From positions 1-63,491 of the forward strand of contig JBBRAU010000004.1 in assembly GCA_038206475.1 (NCBI GenBank): a stretch of DNA of 63,491 nt, written 5' to 3'. Position numbers and translations under genes: made by a program. The notes under the pieces were generated by a model. That model was not told the origin of the DNA. It saw nothing but the letters and a program-made list of their open reading frames with translations, and made no database searches. Positions 18,682 through 26,756 of the stretch are shown piece by piece (positions within the stretch are counted from its first letter, which is position 1; every line of letters starts with the position of its first letter). This stretch comes from Patescibacteria group bacterium (GTDB lineage Bacteria > Patescibacteriota > UBA1384 > JBBRAU01).

Positions 18682-19510
18682 CCTGCTTGCCCACATCCCC
18701 GTGCTCAGCCAGGCTCAGCTGGGTTTGTTTGTCCGTCTCAACGGTCGGGTAGATCGGCTGCTACTCATCGGCAGCTCACTCCTCCAGCAGTTCCAGCCGA
18801 AGTGGCAGGAGATCCGGGCGATTGCTCCGTCTGAAATGGCCGACATCCTCCGTCGCCTCAACTACTTTCCGGTGGTTGAGGTGATAGAGACAACATACGC
18901 ACCAGACCTAGCCGGCCAAGAGCTGGTTGCCGCCCGCGATGCACTAACTGTGGCGGTACTCAACCACTTCTACCCACAGCACCTGGTAACCTGGGAGACT
19001 GCTTTCCTTCGTTGGCACACCGACAACGTCAAAAGCAGTCTGCCGGCCGTCTTCGATCGAGAGTCACACGACACCTTTGATCAAGACGTGGTGAGGCAGG
19101 CCATTCAGGTTGCAGCACTCAGTTCCGACTGGTGGCGTCATGTCGGCTGTGTGGTCGTGAAGGGGGGTGAGAACATCCTGAAAGGGTACAATCACCACCT
19201 ACCATCAGACTACACGCCATACATAGACGGCAGCCCTCGAGACTTCGTGCCTCCTGGCCAAGACCGCATGATCGATTCGTCAATCCACGCTGAGAAATCG
19301 GTCATCGCCGTTGCGGCACGGTACGGCATCGCCTTAGAAGGCAGCAGCTTCTACGTGTCAGTCTTCCCCTGCCCCGTCTGCGCGCGCGACATGATCACCG
19401 CCGGTGTTCACCGGTGCTTCTTTCCGTCAGGCAACGCCTGGCTGGGCACCGATGAAGCCTTCCGAACCGCAGGTGTGGAAATGATCTACGTACCACTCAA
19501 AAACCCCTAG
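18674..19510 (+). CDS. deoxycytidylate (dCMP)/cytidine deaminase-family protein with about 140-aa N-terminal extension
   Basis: C-terminal zinc motifs HAE...PCPVC. Proposed GTG start at 18674 is preceded by GAGGAGGA and overlaps the upstream stop (GTGACTAA). The track ORF start at 18419 lies inside the upstream gene in another frame. Confidence 0.7.
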   Translation: MTNLLAHIPVLSQAQLGLFVRLNGRVDRLLLIGSSLLQQFQPKWQEIRAIAPSEMADILRRLNYFPVVEVIETTYAPDLAGQELVAARDALTVAVLNHFYPQHLVTWETAFLRWHTDNVKSSLPAVFDRESHDTFDQDVVRQAIQVAALSSDWWRHVGCVVVKGGENILKGYNHHLPSDYTPYIDGSPRDFVPPGQDRMIDSSIHAEKSVIAVAARYGIALEGSSFYVSVFPCPVCARDMITAGVHRCFFPSGNAWLGTDEAFRTAGVEMIYVPLKNP

Positions 19511-19533
19511 CCGTATGGCTAGGGGTAGTTTTT

Positions 19534-20529
19534 TTAACCGATTGGAAAGGTGACCGGGATAGCGCGACCGGTGGTCGCGTCAAGCTCTGGCTCAATGAGA
19601 TGAAAGTGTAGATGCCTGATGGTCGCCCCAGTCCGTGTTGTGTCGCCGAAGCGCAACGCGAACCCGCCACCAGCCAGGCTGAACTCACGAATCGCCCACC
19701 CGACCAGCTCGCGAACAGAAGCCAGGTCTTCCACGGTCAACTCGCAGAAGGTCTCTTTATGCTCTTCGCCAATGATCAACAGCTGGACCCGAGCGTTTGG
19801 GTAGGGCTCGTTAATCCGGGTGATGAACCACTTGCCCTCGTGACGCAGGATCGGGTGCGGATGGTAGATAAAGCTGCCTGGGCAGAAGGGACAGTGGCCG
19901 GCGGCGAGGATCTTGGCCATAGTCTCTCGGTAGCTCACGCTTCGGACATACGTCGGATCAACGAAAGCGCCCGTCCCTCCCGGACGCTTTTGGTCAAGCG
20001 TGGTGAAGGTGTAGGCATAGCGGTGACGCTGGTCAGCCAGATGCTCCTCTCGGTGCACCACCTGCCAATCAGCCGCATCGAAGGCGGGGAAGTACGCATC
20101 TCCAGGCGGCTGAGCGTGCACCTCTGTCAGGTAGAGCCGTTCGGCCCGCGGTAGCGCTTGGGTGTATATTTCCGCGCCACCGGCAATCATCACCTCTATC
20201 TTCTCAGCTGAATTAGCCGGCAAGCCACGCAGAGCGTCGTCGAGTGAGCCGGCAAGCCGGCACGATGTAGTGCTACTCATCTGCCGCAAAGCTTGATTGG
20301 CTTGTTCCGAGAGCAGACCGGCTCGACTGAGGATAATCGTTTGACGATTTGGCAGCAGACCACCAAGCCGGTCAGTGATCGACTCGAATGTTCTGCGGCC
20401 CATAATAACCGTCTTGCCGATCGTTAACTCCTTGAAGTGGCGAAGATCGGCCGGGAGATGCCATGGAATCTTCCCCTGGTCCCCGATCACACGGTTATCC
20501 GCCACCGCTGCAATAATGGCAATGTTCAT
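19534..20529 (-). CDS. folA: dihydrofolate reductase fused to a C-terminal HIT-family domain
   Basis: N-terminal about 190 aa aligns with DHFR (MNIAIIAAVADNRVIGDQGKIPWHLPADLRHFKELTIGKTVIMGRRTFESI). C-terminal about 135 aa has the HCPFC and HLHFHLI histidine-triad motifs. Start moved to the ATG at 20529 (MNIAI). Confidence 0.8.
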   Translation of the reverse strand: MNIAIIAAVADNRVIGDQGKIPWHLPADLRHFKELTIGKTVIMGRRTFESITDRLGGLLPNRQTIILSRAGLLSEQANQALRQMSSTTSCRLAGSLDDALRGLPANSAEKIEVMIAGGAEIYTQALPRAERLYLTEVHAQPPGDAYFPAFDAADWQVVHREEHLADQRHRYAYTFTTLDQKRPGGTGAFVDPTYVRSVSYRETMAKILAAGHCPFCPGSFIYHPHPILRHEGKWFITRINEPYPNARVQLLIIGEEHKETFCELTVEDLASVRELVGWAIREFSLAGGGFALRFGDTTRTGATIRHLHFHLIEPELDATTGRAIPVTFPIG

Positions 20530-20585
20530 GGCGCCCTCTCTGTGCTTGAAAAAATAGGGAGCGACTTGCACTCCCCGTAGAGGTG

Positions 20586-21530
20586 TTAGTATCCCACCGG
20601 AATGCCTTTGATCAGCGGGTGCGGATCGTACCCCTCCAGGCTGAAATCTTCCAGCTTGAAGGCGAACAGATTCGTTATCTCGGGATTGAGCGTGACGGTC
20701 GGCAGTGGCCTCGGCTCACGGGACAGGATCTCCTTGGCGAAAGGGACATGCGGCAGGTAGATGTGCGTATCGGAAGTGTGGTACACCACCTCCCTCGCCC
20801 GCAGACCAGTGACTTGGGCCACCATCAGCAGAAGCAGTGCGTACTCGGCGATATCGAACGGGAGACCGACCACAGCGTCGGCACTCCGCTGGAAGACATC
20901 GACGCTGAGTTCGCCTTGGGCGTGGAAGAACTTGAAGAAGCAGTGGCAGGGTGCGATAAATACCCGGTCACTGTCCAGCGGGTTCCAGGCCGTCACGACC
21001 AAGCGCCGCGAGTCGGGGTTGCGCCTCAGCTCTTCGACCAAGACCTTGATCTGGTCCACTGGCCGTGCAACCTCGATTAAATGCTGCTCGATGAGGTGCG
21101 CGATGTCATCTTTAGTCCAGTCCGGGGTGATCGTGTCAGCAATCAGCCGGGCGATTTGCTCGGGTGTACTGCGCAGTCCAGCGTTGAAGCTGCGCCACTG
21201 GGCGCCGTAAATGCGTCCCAGCTCACCGACCGGAAGCGGCGGCGAGACGAGGTTGCTGGTTTTTTCGTCAGCCCACTGATCCCAAATCTTGGTCGGATAG
21301 ATTGCTTTGAGATCAGCCAGGTTGGTACTGCCAGACAGAAACCAGAGCAGCTCGGCGCACAAGGGCTTAAACGAGCTTTTGAAGCTGCGGGTGGTACTGA
21401 GCGGAAAGCCGTCCTGGAGGTTGAACCGCATGGTTTGGCCAAGGGTGGCGAGGTTGCCCATCTGTTGCGGATCAGACTTGGGCTTGCCCTCACTGAGCAC
21501 GCGCTCAATGAGATTAAGGTACTGCTGCAT
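20586..21530 (-). CDS. thyA: thymidylate synthase (ThyA) family enzyme with atypical active site (Asp at the invariant Asn position)
   Basis: End-to-end ThyA similarity: AELLWF, IWDQWAD, IYGAQWR, DSRRLVVTAWNP, IAPCH, FQRSADAVVGLPFDIAEYALL, and an about 50-aa insert as in L. casei-type TS. See findings for the deviations. Confidence 0.85.
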   Translation of the reverse strand: MQQYLNLIERVLSEGKPKSDPQQMGNLATLGQTMRFNLQDGFPLSTTRSFKSSFKPLCAELLWFLSGSTNLADLKAIYPTKIWDQWADEKTSNLVSPPLPVGELGRIYGAQWRSFNAGLRSTPEQIARLIADTITPDWTKDDIAHLIEQHLIEVARPVDQIKVLVEELRRNPDSRRLVVTAWNPLDSDRVFIAPCHCFFKFFHAQGELSVDVFQRSADAVVGLPFDIAEYALLLLMVAQVTGLRAREVVYHTSDTHIYLPHVPFAKEILSREPRPLPTVTLNPEITNLFAFKLEDFSLEGYDPHPLIKGIPVGY

Positions 21531-21658
21531 GGGCGGATCCTTTCAGAATTTTCAGGGACAGAACATACACTCCCCGGCATGGTAGCAAATCCCGTCTATT
21601 TTGCAATGAAATACACGGCTCTCTAGCCATTCAACCGAACTGCGGGTACAACAAAAGC

Positions 21659-22381
21659 ATGGACTCCATTTTAACCGTGGCACGTCTTAAAAAAGACTAC
21701 GGCCAACTGCACGCTGTGCGCGGCATTAGTTTTGCCGTCCAACCTGGCGAAATATTGGCCTTGATCGGCCCAAATGGCGCCGGCAAATCAACTACGCTTA
21801 AAATGGTCGCCACATTGCTGACGCCGACCGGCGGCGAAATTACCTTGGCCGGCACCGATGCTATTTGCCATCCCGACCTCGCGCGCCGCGCCCTGGCCTA
21901 CTTGCCTGAAGAGGCCGGCGCCTACAAGAACCTAACCGGCCTGCAGTACCTACAATTTATGGCCGGCCTCTATGCCGATTCGGTCAACCAGGCAGTGGAA
22001 TATGTTGAGCGAGCAACGAGCGTGGCCAGTTTGGGCGCCCGACTGAGGACAAAGGTTGGTACCTATTCTAAAGGCATGACCCGAAAGTTACTGTTGGCCC
22101 GAACAATGATGACTCGGCCGCAATTGGCTATTTTAGACGAACCGACCAGCGGCCTGGATGTTTTAAATGCGCTTGATATTCGCCAAACCATCCGCGCGTT
22201 GACCAAAGACGGCGCCGGTGTACTGCTGTCCAGCCACAACATGCTGGAGATTGAATTTTTGGCCGACCGTGTGGCGATAATTGATCAAGGTAAAATTCAC
22301 GAAACCGGGACAACCGCCGAGTTAAAAAAGAAGTACCACGCCAACAATTTAGAAGAAGTCTTCGCCAAGGTGGCCGCATGA
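21659..22381 (+). CDS. ABC transporter ATP-binding protein
   Basis: Walker A GPNGAGKST and Walker B ILDEPTSGLD. ATGA overlap with the downstream permease. Confidence 0.9.
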   Translation: MDSILTVARLKKDYGQLHAVRGISFAVQPGEILALIGPNGAGKSTTLKMVATLLTPTGGEITLAGTDAICHPDLARRALAYLPEEAGAYKNLTGLQYLQFMAGLYADSVNQAVEYVERATSVASLGARLRTKVGTYSKGMTRKLLLARTMMTRPQLAILDEPTSGLDVLNALDIRQTIRALTKDGAGVLLSSHNMLEIEFLADRVAIIDQGKIHETGTTAELKKKYHANNLEEVFAKVAA

Positions 22382-23670
22382 ATCATTTTGTCGTCCTGCT
22401 GAAAAAAGAGCTCCGCGAGCTCGTCACCTGGCAAACACTCCTGCCATTAATAATTACCGTGATTTTATTTGCCGGCCTCGGCAAGGTCATCGGCAGTGAA
22501 GTCAAACGCGAGCAAACGGCTCAGCCGATTATCGTCCTGGACCACGACCGCTCAGCCGCCTCCACTCAGCTCAAACAGGCCATCAATCAAAACCATTTTA
22601 CCGTCGTCGACCGTGACGAAGCGACAGTCGGTGCCATTCCTCTCCAGGATTTTCCCAAGGTCAAACTGGCATTGGTTATTCCGGCTGGCTTTGGCCAAGC
22701 CGTTATCAGCAACCACTCACCAACGCTTGAAACCTACACTATTCAGCGGAGCTTCTCAGCCACCGGCTTGGTTGGTCCTGCTATGTTAAAAGGCGTGCTG
22801 GAGGCCGTCAATGGCCAACTGTCGCAAACGCTCATTGCCGACAAACTGCCTGGCAGCGATCCCGCCAGTCTACGCATCCCAATCGCCAGCCAAAGCTATG
22901 TCATTGTTGGTGATAAAACCGCCCAGATTGACCCGAATGTTGTTGCCACCTTTATTAGTTCGCAAACCACCTTCATTCCGATCATCCTCTTCGTCGTCAT
23001 CCTGTTTGCCGCCCAGATGGTAGCCACCGCAATTGCGAACGAGAAAGAGAATAAGACGCTGGAAACGCTGCTATCAACGCCTGTTAGCCGACAGAGCATT
23101 GTCGCTGCCAAAATGTTGGCGGCCGGCATTGTGGCGGGCATCTCGTCGCTGATCTACATGCTCGGCCTGCGCAATTTCCAGAGTGGCTTAACCGGCGGTC
23201 AGGCTATCCCACAGACAGCACAGCCGGCGCTGCATCAACTTGGCTTAGTCATGACGCCGCTGATGTACGTCGTTATTGGCCTGGCCCTATTTTTGGGCAT
23301 TCTGGGCGCGTTGGCTATTGCGCTCATCTTGGGCGCCTTCGCCGAAAATGTGAAAAGTATTCAGGCCCTCCTGACACCACTGACGGTGCTGTTGTTAATC
23401 CCCTACGTTTTCACCCTGATATTAGATTGGAGCACGCTGCCCACAGCTTTGCATGTACTCATTTACGCCATTCCTTTCTCGTATCCATTCCTGGCCGCCC
23501 AAAACCTCTTTTTGCATCAGTATCACGTGATTGCCTACGGCATGATTTACCAACTGCTGTTCTTTTTGGCCTTCGTCTGGTTAGCTGCCCGGCTGTTCTC
23601 CTCTGAGCAGATTGTTGGCTTGAAGCTTAACTTCGATAAACTCAACAAATTGCGCAAACTGCGCCGATAG
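22378..23670 (+). CDS. ABC-2 type transporter permease
   Basis: 430 aa with an N-terminal TM, a large extracytoplasmic loop, then about 5 C-terminal TM helices. Translationally coupled to the ATPase. Confidence 0.8.
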   Translation: MNHFVVLLKKELRELVTWQTLLPLIITVILFAGLGKVIGSEVKREQTAQPIIVLDHDRSAASTQLKQAINQNHFTVVDRDEATVGAIPLQDFPKVKLALVIPAGFGQAVISNHSPTLETYTIQRSFSATGLVGPAMLKGVLEAVNGQLSQTLIADKLPGSDPASLRIPIASQSYVIVGDKTAQIDPNVVATFISSQTTFIPIILFVVILFAAQMVATAIANEKENKTLETLLSTPVSRQSIVAAKMLAAGIVAGISSLIYMLGLRNFQSGLTGGQAIPQTAQPALHQLGLVMTPLMYVVIGLALFLGILGALAIALILGAFAENVKSIQALLTPLTVLLLIPYVFTLILDWSTLPTALHVLIYAIPFSYPFLAAQNLFLHQYHVIAYGMIYQLLFFLAFVWLAARLFSSEQIVGLKLNFDKLNKLRKLRR

Positions 23671-23679
23671 CTACTGATC

Positions 23680-23709
23680 AAAAAAAAGAGCCTTTGGGCT
23701 CTTTTTTTG
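23680..23709. terminator. bidirectional intrinsic terminator
   Basis: aaaaaaagagcc tttg ggctcttttttt: a GC stem flanked by an A-run and a T-run, 10 nt after the permease stop. Confidence 0.7.
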
Positions 23710-23860
23710 AGAGTCAATACTTTGTGGCAGAGCAAATCGACCTGAACTGAATTGGCAGCTGCGGCCTTCGTAAGATATTGGCCACGTTTTGGTAGAAGTA
23801 TGCTAACAGGTGGAGTTGTCAAAGAAATGTGGTCATTGTAAAGCTATCGTCGGTTATTTT

Positions 23861-24319
23861 TTAAATCTGTTCTAGACGGGTGTATGTTAAATCCAGGTCT
23901 TTTTCCCAGCCAGAACCTTCTCTGCGCATTTCGCCTTTGCCAATCATCGTATTACCGTCGCTCTCGATGGTTACCACGAATCGCTGTGAAAACTTGGGGG
24001 CATCTCGTTGCCATTTCCAATGGCTGCCCTCAACTTGGACAGTTTGTTTCCGGGAGACGCCACGCTCATCAAAGTAAAGCATGCAGATCTCTCCGCCCTC
24101 GTTATCGCTGCCGAAAATAGCTAAACCGTCAGGAAATTCAGGGTGGTAAATTTCCGAAGACATCTTGAAGAACGCGCCTCCTTCAATCCATTCGAACACA
24201 GTGCGGCCTAGAAGCTCTGTGCCAGGGAGGAGAGGGTGGGTTCCGACCGTCTTCCATTTTCCCACGATCATGGCTAGTGATTGAAGATAGGTATTTGGAA
24301 TCAATGCCTTGTTTCTCAT
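23861..24319 (-). CDS. hypothetical protein (small beta-rich, lipocalin/DUF1579-like guess)
   Basis: 152-aa ORF with no signal peptide. GC is lower than surrounding genes: two 60-nt lines counted by hand give about 47 percent. The family assignment is a guess. Confidence 0.55.
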   Translation of the reverse strand: MRNKALIPNTYLQSLAMIVGKWKTVGTHPLLPGTELLGRTVFEWIEGGAFFKMSSEIYHPEFPDGLAIFGSDNEGGEICMLYFDERGVSRKQTVQVEGSHWKWQRDAPKFSQRFVVTIESDGNTMIGKGEMRREGSGWEKDLDLTYTRLEQI

Positions 24320-24517
24320 GATTTGACAATATCAGAAAGAAGTAGGTTGGTGCCGATTCTTCACACATAAGCAAAGAGAGTGTCATATCTATCTGTGATA
24401 ATTTCTACAAGCTTCTTTACGTCGTGCTCCAAAATTGGTGAGGTAACCTCTTTGATTGAATTTCGGTGCGAGAAAAGCCGACTCCTCATTGGCTGAGGAA
24501 ATTAACTGCAATATCAC

Positions 24518-24550
24518 AAAAAACTCCCTCGGGGTCCTGACCCGAGGGAG
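24518..24550 (-). terminator. intrinsic terminator of the dockerin-protein gene
   Basis: 10-bp stem ctccctcggg/cccgagggag with a 7-nt loop, followed on the minus strand by TTTTTT. Lies 22 nt after the stop at 24572. Confidence 0.7.
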
Positions 24551-24571
24551 AAAGTTGGTTGACGGTGGCCG

Positions 24572-25858
24572 CTAGCCGCGGCCGTCCTTTGTGTTGTCTG
24601 GGTTGATACCCACCACGGCCTTTAGAATCAAGACCGCGTCGACAACGGTCACCAGACCGTCGCCGTTGATATCAGCCAGCTTGTTGGCTTGCTGGCTTAA
24701 GACGTCACCTTGGTGCGTGACGCCCTTCAGCACCAGCACGGCGTCGACGATGGTCAGGTAGCCGTCCTGGTTGACGTCGCCTGGCCGGAAGGCCGGTGCC
24801 GTTACTGGCACCTCCTTCCGGCCGTAGCTGACCGGGAGCTCGTACAATTCGCCATCACGATTGACAAAATCAATCGTTTGGCCGAACCGCACCGGGCGGA
24901 CCGTCGTGTCGACGGCGACCGACAACCAGTCAATCCAGCCTGTTCCTGGCACGTGGATTTCGATCAGGTTGCCCGAGAAGGCAACCAGCCCGAACCCGGT
25001 CACCGCCAGCTGTGAGTTGGCGGCTATGACGTGCCCGCTCAGCTGGAATGACTGTTCCAGGTCGTGGGAGACTAGAATGTTGCCGCCCGCTTGCGGCTCG
25101 ACCGCGTACCAGGCCAAGCCGTCTTGGACCAAGCTGGCGTAGTAGCTAAGATTAGAGCTACCGCTCCAGCCAGATCCACGCATGACGCCGTCCGGATCGA
25201 GGGCAAAAATAATTTGCCAGTCCCCACCCGAGTCATCTTGGCCGACGACCCGAATGGCGCCGGTCACCGGGTTGGGCTGGACCAGTGCTACCTGGCCCCA
25301 CTCAACCGGCTGGATGTGCCAGTCACTGAGGTTGGCGGAGTCGGCGGTGATGTGGCCAAATGACCACAACCGACCGCGGAAAGCCAACACCCGCTGAACG
25401 TTGCCGAAGCTGGTTGGCTGGCCGCGCCAATCGGCGTACTTCAGCTCGGTCCAGTTGAAACCATCAATGGACTTGAACAGCCCATTGTTGGTTCCGATTA
25501 TGAATTGGTAACCCGTGTTCGTGCCATCCGGCCATATGGTGGCCGCAGTGTTGATACGGCTCACCTGGCTGAGTGATGGGACTTCCACCACGAAGTCGCT
25601 GCCGTCGAAAAACCGGTAGCGGCCCACGTGGTGCCACTTGTCGTGGCCATTGTTGATGGTCACGATCTGGCTTTGGTAGCCAGTCCCCCATGTTTCGACG
25701 GGGGTGACCGACATGATTTTGGCTGCCACGTATTGAGGCAGCGTGACCCGGTTTGGCGTGCCGAGCAGCGGACCTTCGGCAAGCCCGCCGGCCAGCGCTT
25801 GGCCGGTGATGCAGAGTGCGGCCACGAAGGCCGCGAAGAGCACGCGAAGAGCGCGCAT
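24572..25858 (-). CDS. secreted protein with C-terminal dockerin (type I-like) module
   Basis: Signal peptide MRALRVLFAAFVAALCITGQALA. The C-terminus carries paired Ca-binding repeats DVNQDGYLTIVDAVLVLK and DINGDGLVTVVDAVLILK. GC is high: about 63-67 percent in two lines counted by hand. Confidence 0.8.
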   Translation of the reverse strand: MRALRVLFAAFVAALCITGQALAGGLAEGPLLGTPNRVTLPQYVAAKIMSVTPVETWGTGYQSQIVTINNGHDKWHHVGRYRFFDGSDFVVEVPSLSQVSRINTAATIWPDGTNTGYQFIIGTNNGLFKSIDGFNWTELKYADWRGQPTSFGNVQRVLAFRGRLWSFGHITADSANLSDWHIQPVEWGQVALVQPNPVTGAIRVVGQDDSGGDWQIIFALDPDGVMRGSGWSGSSNLSYYASLVQDGLAWYAVEPQAGGNILVSHDLEQSFQLSGHVIAANSQLAVTGFGLVAFSGNLIEIHVPGTGWIDWLSVAVDTTVRPVRFGQTIDFVNRDGELYELPVSYGRKEVPVTAPAFRPGDVNQDGYLTIVDAVLVLKGVTHQGDVLSQQANKLADINGDGLVTVVDAVLILKAVVGINPDNTKDGRG

Positions 25859-25953
25859 TGTCGTCTCCTTTCAAGAGACGTCGTGGCGCTGGGAAAGCGC
25901 CGAAGGATGTTCAGGTAGATACTGCTTCCCAGGCAGCATCGTTTAGCATGTTT

Positions 25954-25983
25954 ATATTACGTCAAAAATAATGATAGTGTCAA
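25954..25983 (-). promoter_or_regulatory. candidate promoter of the dockerin-protein gene
   Basis: The minus strand reads TTGACA (25983-25978), an 18-nt spacer, then TAATAT (25959-25954), about 95 nt upstream of the ATG. Confidence 0.35.
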
Positions 25984-26007
25984 GTGTTTATACCCCTTGG
26001 CCGAAAA

Positions 26008-26551
26008 CCCCAGGCTTTAGCCTGGGGATGAAGGCCTGCCTGGAGCGAGTCACGTGAAAACACGTGGCGAGCGGAAGCTGCTTGTGGCAGACTGGCGATA
26101 TGAGCAGCAACCAGCCAGAGTTTTGGACCGGCGCGCATACGAAACATCGTTTGGTACACCACCTGTGCTGGATCCCAAAGTATCGCTGACGAATATTGCG
26201 CGGAGAACTGGCGCGCCGTCTGGTTGAACTTTTCCAACAGGCGGCAGAGGTGAACCAGTGGGGGTTGTACGAGTGTCAAGCCCTGCCGGACCACGTCCAC
26301 CTCTTCCTCCAGTTCAGCCCCAGTGAATCCGTCGCTGAGGTGGTTCAGAAATTCAAGGGTGGGTCCAGCTTCACACCACGGAAAGAGTTTGCTGAACTGG
26401 AGGAATTTCTCTGGGGAGATCAGTCTTGGTCGGACGGCTACTTTGCCGAAACAACCGGCAGGACGGATGAGCGCGTCATCCGTCGATATATTCAGAACCA
26501 GCGAGCCAGCGCTGCCACAGCCTAGACAAAGCCGCGGGCTTTAGCCCGCGG
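26008..26551 (+). mobile_element. IS200/IS605-family (IS200-type, tnpA only) element; ends approximate
   Basis: A Y1 (HUH) transposase gene is flanked by two subterminal hairpins of the same design. Left: ccccaggc-ttta-gcctgggg at 26008-26027. Right: ccgcgggc-ttta-gcccgcgg at 26532-26551. Confidence 0.7.
26100..26525 (+). pseudogene. tnpA: IS200-type transposase TnpA interrupted by an in-frame TGA
   Basis: ATG at 26100 gives MSSNQPEFWTGAHTKHRLVHHLCWIPKYR, then TGA at 26187-26189, then the same frame continues RILRGELARRL...DHVHLFL...WSDGYF...YIQNQ (track ORF 26196..26525). HUH and catalytic Tyr motifs are intact. Confidence 0.75.
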
Positions 26552-26722
26552 AAGTTTACAAGAAACTTCTTCCAGTCTAGGGCTAACTATATTCATATTA
26601 TGGATCTCCGCAGTTACGCTACACAGGGGTGAATTTGCTTTATTGATTTTACTGAGATCTTTTCCTCACGCAAGAAATTAATCGCTTCCTGAAAACTAAC
26701 AATTATCAGGTTTGGAGAGTAT

Positions 26723-26747
26723 GAAAAAACAGGCATTTGAACCTGTT
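26723..26747 (-). terminator. intrinsic terminator downstream of tRNA-Trp
   Basis: The minus strand reads AACAGG ttcaaatg CCTGTT followed by TTTTTTCAT, starting 10 nt after the tRNA 3' end. Confidence 0.6.
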
Positions 26748-26756
26748 CTTTCATCT

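Noticed and set aside
25862-25880. A hairpin (cgtctc-ctttcaa-gagacg) that partly sequesters the SD of the dockerin-protein gene, as a translational switch.
   Set aside because: It has only 6 bp and covers half of the SD. No alternative pairing or conserved partner is visible, so it is too weak to call.
26187-26189. The in-frame TGA in tnpA could be evidence of an alternative genetic code (TGA = Gly or Trp, as in some CPR lineages).
   Set aside because: TGA is used as a genuine stop by many conserved genes here, for example the ABC ATPase (ATGA overlap at 22378-22381) and the ORF ending at 522. Conserved proteins have normal lengths under code 11. A single nonsense change in a mobile-element gene is the simpler explanation.
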